DNA of 64,000 bases, from NCBI GenBank assembly GCA_041916315.1, contig JAYRZU010000112.1:67612-131611 (forward strand), given 5' to 3'. Below, piece by piece: positions 28,940 to 35,880 of the stretch (position 1 is the first letter of the stretch; the number at the start of each line of letters is the position of its first letter). The stretch is from Anaerolineae bacterium (lineage in GTDB: Bacteria; Chloroflexota; Anaerolineae; Aggregatilineales; Phototrophicaceae). The position numbers and the translations under genes were made by a program. The notes under the pieces are model-generated. The model made no database searches. It saw nothing but the letters and a program-made list of their open reading frames with translations, and was not told where the DNA came from.

Positions 28940-30151
28940 ATGGCCAATTTCGATTTGACCCGTAAACTCGCCTTGGATGAGGGCGGCAAAATCCTCCTCC
29001 TCGTGATGGATGGTCTCGGCGGTCTGCCGCGCACGGTAGACGGTTTAACTGAACTGGAAACAGCGCACACCCCGAACATGGATAAGCTGGCACGCGAAGG
29101 CAGCACCGGCTTGAGCATCCCGGTCGCACGCGGCATCGCCCCCGGCAGCGGCCCGGCGCACCTCGCGCTGTTCGGCTACGACCCGATTGTGTATGACATT
29201 GGGCGCGGCGTGCTGGAAGCCATCGGCATCGGTTTGGAAGTCGGCGCGGGCGATGTCGCCGTACGCGGCAACTTCTGCACCATCGACGCGAACGGCATCA
29301 TCACCGACCGCCGCGCGGGCCGCATTTCGACCGAAGAGGGCGAAAAGCGCGTCGAACTGCTGAAGACGATCAAGATCCCCGGCGTCGAATGTCAGGTGAA
29401 GGCGGGCGAGGGCTATCGCTTTGCGCTCGTGCTGCGCGGTGCAGGCTTGAGCGATGCGGTCGAAGACACGGACCCGCAGGCGACCGGACTCGCGCCGCTG
29501 CCCGCGCGCGCCAGCGCTCCGGAAGGCGAAAAGACGGCAGCCCTCCTCAACCAGTGGCTGGCGGCGGCCAAAGAAGTGCTGCGCGGTCAGGAACCCGCCA
29601 ACATGTGCACGCTGCGCGGCGTCGCCACCGACCCCAACCTGCCCAAATACAGCGAAGTCTACAAGCTGAACGCGGCCTGCGTCGCCGTGTACCCGATGTA
29701 TAAGGGCGTGAGCCGTCTCGTCGGCATGAACATCATCGAGACTGACGCGCACGACACCATTGAAGACGAATTCAACAAGGTCGCGGAAGTGTGGAATCAG
29801 CACGACTTCGTGTTCTGCCACGTCAAATACACCGACAGCCGCGGCGAAGACGGCAACTTTGACGCCAAAGTGCAGATCATCGAAGAAGTGGATCGGCAAC
29901 TGCCCAAGCTGCTGGCGCTCAACCCGGACGTGATCATCATCACGGGTGATCACTCCACGCCTGCCGCCTACAAGGCGCATAGCTGGCATCCTGTCCCGAC
30001 GATCCTGTGGGCGCGCACGGCCATGCCCGGTCGCGTGCAGGGTTTCGGCGAACGCGAATGCGTCAACGGCACGCTGGGGCAGTTCCCCGCGGTCGATCTG
30101 ATGCAGTTGGCGTTGGGTCATGCCAGCCGCTTCCAGAAGTTTGGCGCTTAG
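28940..30151 (+). CDS. apgM: 2,3-bisphosphoglycerate-independent phosphoglycerate mutase (ApgM type)
   Basis: MDGLGG, TELETA.TPNMD, PGSGPAHLALFGY, DRRAGRI, TGDHSTP, HSWHPVP. Confidence 0.93.
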   Translation: MANFDLTRKLALDEGGKILLLVMDGLGGLPRTVDGLTELETAHTPNMDKLAREGSTGLSIPVARGIAPGSGPAHLALFGYDPIVYDIGRGVLEAIGIGLEVGAGDVAVRGNFCTIDANGIITDRRAGRISTEEGEKRVELLKTIKIPGVECQVKAGEGYRFALVLRGAGLSDAVEDTDPQATGLAPLPARASAPEGEKTAALLNQWLAAAKEVLRGQEPANMCTLRGVATDPNLPKYSEVYKLNAACVAVYPMYKGVSRLVGMNIIETDAHDTIEDEFNKVAEVWNQHDFVFCHVKYTDSRGEDGNFDAKVQIIEEVDRQLPKLLALNPDVIIITGDHSTPAAYKAHSWHPVPTILWARTAMPGRVQGFGERECVNGTLGQFPAVDLMQLALGHASRFQKFGA

Positions 30152-30235
30152 GAGTTTACAGTCGTCAGTTCACAGTTTACAGTGAAGGCAGTTTGGCTTT
30201 TACTGTGAACTGTAGACTGTGAACTGAGAACTGCT
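30152..30235. repeat. hairpin built of heptamer tandem arms (CAGTT[T/C]A / ACTGTGA)
   Basis: gagtttacagtcgtcagttcacagtttacagtgaagg ... cttttactgtgaactgtagactgtgaactgagaactgct. Confidence 0.8.
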
Positions 30236-31162
30236 ATGGCAAATGTGGTCGTAATCGGCGGTGGGCTGACCGGATTAGCGGCGGCGTGGGAACTGGAACG
30301 CCAGCGCATCCCTTACACGCTGATCGAAGTCAAGAAACGCTTTGGCGGGAGCATCGCCACCGAGAAGCGCGGCGGTTTCACGCTGGATGGCAGCGCGTTC
30401 TTGCTCGAAAAGTACGGTGAGTGGGACTTCCTGCCAGCGCTCGGCCTTGCGGATGCGCTCGTTTCGTATGGGCGCTACCGCGACGGTGAACTGGTCTACT
30501 TCCGCGACGGCACGCAAACGCTCGTCGATGCGCTCGCCGCAAAACTCGCCGCGCCGATCATGCGCCGTATGGCCGTGAGCAGTATCGGCCCGCTCGACGC
30601 CGATCGCTTCGGCGTCTGCCTCGAAAATGGGCTGATGCTCGACGCCCGCGCTGTGATCGTTACCGCGCCCGCCCGCTTCGCCGAACACCTGCTGTACTCG
30701 CTCGATCCCGAAATTGCGCTGGCATTGCTGGACTACCGTTACGATCCGGTGGTGCGCGTGTCGCTCGGCTATCGTCAAGCTGATTTGCCGACGCTGCCAG
30801 AATTAAACGGTTTCAAGTTCGTGGAAAGTTTCATCCTGCCGGAGCGCGTCCCCGCCGATCATGTGCTGGTGCGCGTGGGTGTACGCCTCGACGAGACAAT
30901 CAAGACGCCGGAAGCAGCGCTCGACCGGGTGAAGGCGGCAATCCCCGCGCCGCCTGTGGTCGAATGGGCAGCGTATTGGCCGGAGGGTGATCCGCTGACG
31001 CGCTATTTGCCGGAGCACACCGCGGTCATGGATATGATCGAGAGTCGCTTGCCCGCCGGTGTGGCCTTAGCGGGCAGCGATTACCGCGCCAAACGACTCG
31101 ATCAGCAGATTGGCGACGGTCGCGCCGCCGCCCAGAAGATCGCCCGTTATATCACTTCGTAG
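30236..31162 (+). CDS. FAD-dependent oxidoreductase, compact HemY/HemG-like
   Basis: IGGGLTGLAAA, E...RFGG.I.T, FRDG.QTL.DAL, LAGSDY. Confidence 0.7.
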   Translation: MANVVVIGGGLTGLAAAWELERQRIPYTLIEVKKRFGGSIATEKRGGFTLDGSAFLLEKYGEWDFLPALGLADALVSYGRYRDGELVYFRDGTQTLVDALAAKLAAPIMRRMAVSSIGPLDADRFGVCLENGLMLDARAVIVTAPARFAEHLLYSLDPEIALALLDYRYDPVVRVSLGYRQADLPTLPELNGFKFVESFILPERVPADHVLVRVGVRLDETIKTPEAALDRVKAAIPAPPVVEWAAYWPEGDPLTRYLPEHTAVMDMIESRLPAGVALAGSDYRAKRLDQQIGDGRAAAQKIARYITS

Positions 31163-31656
31163 CGTTCCCAGAATTCGCTGTCGGTGGTGGAGTACGGCTC
31201 GCCGTTGGCGCCGACCAGCACCCATCCGCCCGCTGGCACGGTGATGGCATCCAGACTCTCGTTTGACTTGACGAGCGTCGGCTCAGCCACCTTTTTTGCC
31301 CACACGCCGGCTACCTTGTAGTAGGGGAGGCAGCCGTTGGCGAGCAAATCTTGTTCCGCGGCGGTGGGCGTCCACTGTTCGTCCCACGGACGATGCGTGC
31401 TGTGAAACACGTCCGGTTCGACTGGGCGCTGCGGGTAATGATCGATGGTGGGTTGGACGCGCTCGTCGTCGGGGTCGTAGCAGATGATGTACCCGGCGGG
31501 GGCGACGAGCGTATCATATTCAACATGGATGATCTTCGGCGCTTCATGTGGGGGCAGTTCGCGCGCGAGGATCACGTTTTTCTTGCGGTGATAGAAGTTA
31601 AACCCTTCAGCGCGCAGTTCATCCTGCGTCCAATGGCGCTGCGTATATAGATCCAT
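31147..31656 (-). CDS. hypothetical protein with duplicated PGDYG-like domain
   Basis: Two similar halves ending A(P)AG(Y/W)..V / F...Y. Confidence 0.6.
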   Translation of the reverse strand: MDLYTQRHWTQDELRAEGFNFYHRKKNVILARELPPHEAPKIIHVEYDTLVAPAGYIICYDPDDERVQPTIDHYPQRPVEPDVFHSTHRPWDEQWTPTAAEQDLLANGCLPYYKVAGVWAKKVAEPTLVKSNESLDAITVPAGGWVLVGANGEPYSTTDSEFWERYEVI

Positions 31657-31705
31657 GATGTCTCTCCGGTTCGCTTGATCATGATCATACGCAACGATCG
31701 GGGCG

Positions 31706-31735
31706 TTGACAAGCGGTCTGCGCGCGTTTTACAAT
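31706..31735 (+). promoter_or_regulatory. sigma70 promoter upstream of HNH and tRNA-Thr
   Basis: TTGACA-18bp-TACAAT. Confidence 0.65.
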
Positions 31736-31812
31736 GAACTTGCTAGCGCGCCTTCATCGCTGGCTGCACCTTTAAAATGGCTACTATAGGGCGTTGTCAC
31801 ACAGGGTCTTCT

Positions 31813-32352
31813 ATGGATCGCGCTGAATATGCAGCAAACCCTAAATACTGTGTATCGTGCAATGAGCCGATACCGTTCGAAAAACGAATGAACACGTTTT
31901 GCGGTAAGGCCTGTGCCGCTAAGGCGAATGGTCGAGTTCCGAAGGGTTTAAATCGCAGCCCAAAACACTGTAAGCATTGCGGTGCTTTAGTGGGCGAGCG
32001 GCATAACAAGTATTGTGATGACTGTATTGCGCGCCGTGTGTATGATCCCAAGAGTTCGGCGAACATGGCACTTGCAGAACTCAAAACGGATAGCACGAGG
32101 CGCAAATGGTTGTTGGAACGGCGCGAACATAAGTGTGAACACTGTGGTCTGACCCAGTGGCAGGGGCGGCCTATTCCCCTTGAACTTCACCATGAGGATG
32201 GGGATACCGATAACAATACCGAAGAAAACCTGCGGTTGATTTGCCCGAATTGCCATGCCTTAACGCATACGCATCGACGACGAAATATCTTGAAGAATGG
32301 CAAGCGGCAGTTAATGCGGCGCAAGCGGTATGCCGATGGCAAGACTTGGTAG
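31813..32352 (+). CDS. HNH endonuclease with N-terminal CxxC zinc-finger modules
   Basis: CEHCG..W.G.PIPLELHHEDGD..NN..ENLRLICPNCH..T; extra CxxC pairs; alternative start at 31777. Confidence 0.88.
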   Translation: MDRAEYAANPKYCVSCNEPIPFEKRMNTFCGKACAAKANGRVPKGLNRSPKHCKHCGALVGERHNKYCDDCIARRVYDPKSSANMALAELKTDSTRRKWLLERREHKCEHCGLTQWQGRPIPLELHHEDGDTDNNTEENLRLICPNCHALTHTHRRRNILKNGKRQLMRRKRYADGKTW

Positions 32353-32364
32353 CTAATATTATGC

Positions 32365-32436
32365 GCCACTATAGCTCAATGGCAGAGCAACCGCCTTGTA
32401 AGCGGTAGGTTAAGAGTTCGAGTCTCTTTAGTGGCT
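32365..32436 (+). tRNA. tRNA-Thr(TGT)
   Basis: Cloverleaf gccacta/tagtggc, anticodon loop cttgtaa, T-loop ttcgagt. Confidence 0.95.
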
Positions 32437-32528
32437 CTTATTATTCTATAACAACGTGATTGAGTGCATGCACTCCTATCCTCGGTCTCGACAAATCAGA
32501 AAAGTCACGTCCCCTAGGGAATTTGGTG

Positions 32529-32557
32529 TTGACTTTCTTTTTGACGTGACAGATAAT
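32529..32557 (+). promoter_or_regulatory. sigma70 promoter for tRNA-Tyr/Thr-rpmG
   Basis: TTGACT-17bp-GATAAT. Confidence 0.55.
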
Positions 32558-32627
32558 CACCTCAAGTGTTTCGCGAGAAGCACGCGTGTTTTAGGGTAAG
32601 TTGAACCTACACAACCACATACCATCT

Positions 32628-32711
32628 GGGTCGGTGTCCCGAGCGGCAAAGGGGGAAGACTGTAAATTTTCTGCGCGACGCGCTTCGCAGGTTCGAGTCC
32701 TGCCCGGCCCA
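32628..32711 (+). tRNA. tRNA-Tyr(GTA)
   Basis: Anticodon loop ctgtaaa, long variable arm, ggttcgagtcc. Confidence 0.95.
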
Positions 32712-32741
32712 CTAGAAATACCCGCTCACCAGCGGGCATTT

Positions 32742-32814
32742 GCTCCGATAGCTCAGTCGGTAGAGCGTACCCTTGGTAAGGGTAAGGTCACGAGTTCAAA
32801 TCTCGTTCGGAGCT
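32742..32814 (+). tRNA. tRNA-Thr(GGT)
   Basis: gctccga/tcggagc acceptor, anticodon loop ttggtaa. Confidence 0.95.
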
Positions 32815-32860
32815 TATACACCTCCATACGGTCAATAACAGTAAACACAGGTAGGGAACG

Positions 32861-33022
32861 ATGGCGAAGAAGGGTAATCGCGTTCTGGTCAAGCTGAAGA
32901 GCACCGAAAGCGGCCACATGTATTACACGCAGAAGAACCGCCGCAATGATCAGGGCCGTCTCGAAATGAAGAAGTACGATCCGATCGTGCGGAAGCATGT
33001 CCTCTACAAGGAAACCAAGTAG
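32861..33022 (+). CDS. rpmG: 50S ribosomal protein L33 (Cys-free type; missed by the ORF track)
   Basis: Manual translation [53 protein letters not shown]. Confidence 0.95.
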   Translation: MAKKGNRVLVKLKSTESGHMYYTQKNRRNDQGRLEMKKYDPIVRKHVLYKETK

Positions 33023-33073
33023 CGGACTTGACCCGCGTCTCTACGCCGTAGTAAAATAACTATGGCGCAAATT

Positions 33074-33144
33074 AGGAGCATGGTGTAACGGTAACACAAC
33101 GCTCTCCAAAAGCGTTATTCAGGGTTCGAATCCTTGTGCTCCTG
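33074..33144 (+). tRNA. tRNA-Trp(CCA)
   Basis: aggagca/tgctcct acceptor, anticodon loop ctccaaa; preceded by TTGACC-18bp-TAAAAT. Confidence 0.95.
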
Positions 33145-33222
33145 CTCGAACACCCCAAACACCGCCTTTGCTGAGCGGTGTTTTTATAACAGGACGGCGA
33201 ACTGCCGAGGAGAAAGTATTTC

Positions 33223-33702
33223 ATGTCTGCCGATAAAACTGTAGGGGATCAAAAAGAAGGACGCCAGCCCCGCCGTCTGAGTCTTGGGCTCCAAAGAAAA
33301 GCTGACGCCTCCGCTTCGACGGGTAAGGCGCGTGTCATCTCCAATGCCCCCACGAAAAAACCTGTTAAAACTGAAGTCGAAGAACCTGAACAGAAGCCCC
33401 GTGAAGGGAATTTTCTGACTCGGCTGCCGGGTGACCTCCGTGAATACATCGAAGGGGTGCGCTCGGAACTGCGCAAGGTGACCTGGCCGACCCGCGAAGA
33501 AGCCATCCGCCTGACGATTATCGTGATCGTGGCGCTCATCGTGACGGCGATCGTGTTGGGCGCGGTCGTGCTGCTGTATACCGAACTGTTCCGCATCGGG
33601 TTGGACAGCCCAATAGTCTTGATCGGCTTCATGCTGATCGCGGCGGTGATCGGCGTGGTGATCAACCGCTCCCAGAACCGTCCGACAGGATATAGACGCT
33701 AG
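33223..33702 (+). CDS. secE: preprotein translocase SecE
   Basis: ELRKVTWPTREE motif plus TM; canonical position. Confidence 0.93.
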   Translation: MSADKTVGDQKEGRQPRRLSLGLQRKADASASTGKARVISNAPTKKPVKTEVEEPEQKPREGNFLTRLPGDLREYIEGVRSELRKVTWPTREEAIRLTIIVIVALIVTAIVLGAVVLLYTELFRIGLDSPIVLIGFMLIAAVIGVVINRSQNRPTGYRR

Positions 33703-33710
33703 AGGACGTA

Positions 33711-34382
33711 ATGGTCAAGAAAGACGAGAAGAAGACGAATCCCTTCGAGGATCCCGGTACGGATTACGATCCGGAGCCGATTTACCTCGACGATCAAGCG
33801 TCGGACGACAATGACGCGCCCATGCTGCTCGATGAGCTGGCGCCGCCTAAAGCTTCACAAGAGAAGCTGTGGTATGTCGTTCACTGCTATTCCGGCTACG
33901 AAAAGAAGGTCTGCCAAGCCATCGAACAGCGCATCAACACCATGGGCATGCGCGACAAGATCTTCGATGTGATTGTGCCGACGGCGGAAGAAATTGAAAT
34001 CAAGGACGGAAAGCGGCGTACGGTCGAAAAGCGCGTCTTCCCCGGCTACATTCTCGTCGAAATGAAGATGGACGAAGACTCGTGGTATGTGGTGCGCAAC
34101 ACCCCCGGCGTGACCGGCTTCGTCGGCATGGGCAATGATCCCACGCCGCTGCGCCAGGAAGAAGTCAAGCAGATCATGCAGCGCATGTCGGAAGACAGCC
34201 CGGTGATCAAGGTGAACTTCAAGGTCGGGCAGAAGGTGCGCATCATCAGCGGACCGTTCAACGACTTCCCCGGCACGGTGGCCGCCATCGACATGGACAA
34301 GTCGAAAGTCCGCGTGATGGTGAACTTCTTCGGGCGCGAAACCCCGGTCGAACTCGACTTCATCGAAGTCGAGAAGATGTAA
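33711..34382 (+). CDS. nusG: transcription factor NusG
   Basis: WYVVHCYSGYE, FPGY, VRNTPGVTGFVG, KOW domain, FGRETPVEL. Confidence 0.97.
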   Translation: MVKKDEKKTNPFEDPGTDYDPEPIYLDDQASDDNDAPMLLDELAPPKASQEKLWYVVHCYSGYEKKVCQAIEQRINTMGMRDKIFDVIVPTAEEIEIKDGKRRTVEKRVFPGYILVEMKMDEDSWYVVRNTPGVTGFVGMGNDPTPLRQEEVKQIMQRMSEDSPVIKVNFKVGQKVRIISGPFNDFPGTVAAIDMDKSKVRVMVNFFGRETPVELDFIEVEKM

Positions 34383-34407
34383 GCGGAACCGCTCGCACAG
34401 CGATTTT

Positions 34408-34447
34408 GTAGGGACGAGGCATGCCTCGTCCTTTTTATTTGCCCTAC
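34408..34447. repeat. REP hairpin that may double as a terminator
   Basis: gtagggacgaggcatgcctcgtcc-ttttt. Confidence 0.7.
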
Positions 34448-34525
34448 GTCTAAACCGCGGCTTTATTCTGCGCGCCGCCTATTGTAAAATAAGACCCCGC
34501 AAGGTCGAAGTAAGGGAAATCACTC

Positions 34526-34951
34526 ATGGCAAAGAAGGTTAAAGCTATCGTGACCCTGCAAATCACCGCAGGGAAAGCGACCCCCGCGCCGCCGATCGGT
34601 CCGGCGCTGGCGCAGCACGGCATCAACCTGATGGCGTTCTGCAAGGAATACAATGCGCGCACGTCCGCGCGTATGGGCGAAGTCATTCCGGCGGAAATTA
34701 CCATTTTCACCGATGGCTCGTTTAAGTTCGATCTCAAGAGCCCGCCGACCACCTTCCTCATCAAGAAGGCCGCTGGCATCGACAAGGGTTCGGCGACCGC
34801 GCACACCGTCAAGGTCGGCAAGCTGACCAAGAAGCAAGTGCGTGAAATTGCCGAAATCAAGCTGAACGACATGAACACACGCGACATCGACTCCGCTATG
34901 AAGCAGATCGAAGGATCGGCGCGGCAGATGGGCGTGGAGATTGTCGACTAG
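34526..34951 (+). CDS. rplK: 50S ribosomal protein L11
   Basis: [23 protein letters not shown]. Confidence 0.98.
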   Translation: MAKKVKAIVTLQITAGKATPAPPIGPALAQHGINLMAFCKEYNARTSARMGEVIPAEITIFTDGSFKFDLKSPPTTFLIKKAAGIDKGSATAHTVKVGKLTKKQVREIAEIKLNDMNTRDIDSAMKQIEGSARQMGVEIVD

Positions 34952-35050
34952 TTAAAAGGGTAAAGGGTAAAGTTAAAAGTGGTCGCGCCGGGCGGTGCTG
35001 TGCTTTTGACTTATCACTTTCAACTTTTAACTTTCAACTTTTAACTTTTA
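34950..35050. repeat. heptamer-arm hairpin (AGTTAAA / AACTTT[T/C])
   Basis: agttaaaagggtaaagggtaaagttaaaagt ... ttttgacttatcactttcaacttttaactttcaacttttaact. Confidence 0.8.
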
Positions 35051-35053
35051 GTA

Positions 35054-35083
35054 GGTGGGAGGGCGTGTGCCCGTCGCACCACC
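35054..35083 (+). promoter_or_regulatory. ribosomal protein L1 autoregulatory binding site
   Basis: GGTGGGAG-hairpin-CACCACC immediately before the rplA RBS, resembling L1 mRNA operators. Confidence 0.7.
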
Positions 35084-35096
35084 GGGAGACTGAACA

Positions 35097-35807
35097 ATGG
35101 CTGAACATGGCAAGCGGTACGAAGCGTCACTGAAGAGCTTCGATCGCCAGCACTACTACCCCGTTAAAGAAGCGGTCAGCATGGTCAAAACGATGGCGAA
35201 TGCCAAGTTTGACGAAACGCTGGAAATGCACTTCCGCCTCGGGATTGACCCCCGTCACAGTGACCAGCAGGTCCGCAGCACCGTGCTGCTGCCCGCCGGT
35301 CTCGGTAAGACCGTCCGCGTGCTCGTCTTCGTCGAAACCGAAGATGAAGCCCGTGCGGCGCAAGAAGCGGGTGCCGACATCATCGGCAACGAAGAGGTGA
35401 TGAACCGCATTCTCAAAGAAAACTTCCTCGACTTCGACGCGACGCTCGCGATTCCGAGCATCATGCCGAAAGTCGGTCGTCTCGGTCGTATCCTCGGTAC
35501 GCGCGGTTTGATGCCGAACCCCAAAGCGGGGACGGTCGTCCAGCCCGCCGACCTGCCGAGCGCTGTGCAGGAACTCAAGGCCGGTCGTGTGGAATTCCGC
35601 AACGACAAGACCGGTAACCTGCACATCCCCGTCGGCAAGGCGAGCTTCGCCGAAGACCAGATTCTGCAAAACGTGAACGCCGTGCTGGATGCGGTCAACC
35701 GCGTCAAGCCGTCTGCGGTGAAGGGTATCTATATCCGCCGCGCCGTTCTCACTTCGACCATGAGCCCCGGCGTGCGCCTCGACCTGACGGTCGGCGCGAA
35801 CGCGTAA
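35097..35807 (+). CDS. rplA: 50S ribosomal protein L1
   Basis: AKFDET, LGIDPR.SDQQVR, LG.RGLMPNPKAGTV, TMSPG. Confidence 0.98.
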   Translation: MAEHGKRYEASLKSFDRQHYYPVKEAVSMVKTMANAKFDETLEMHFRLGIDPRHSDQQVRSTVLLPAGLGKTVRVLVFVETEDEARAAQEAGADIIGNEEVMNRILKENFLDFDATLAIPSIMPKVGRLGRILGTRGLMPNPKAGTVVQPADLPSAVQELKAGRVEFRNDKTGNLHIPVGKASFAEDQILQNVNAVLDAVNRVKPSAVKGIYIRRAVLTSTMSPGVRLDLTVGANA

Positions 35808-35819
35808 GATTTCCCAACT

Positions 35820-35856
35820 AAACGGGGGCAGATCATGACGATCTGCCCCCGTTTTT
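35820..35856. terminator. intrinsic terminator, probably bidirectional
   Basis: aaacgggggcagatc-atgac-gatctgcccccgttttt. Confidence 0.85.
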
Positions 35857-35880
35857 GATTCCTCAGACCCGTGTTTGCGC

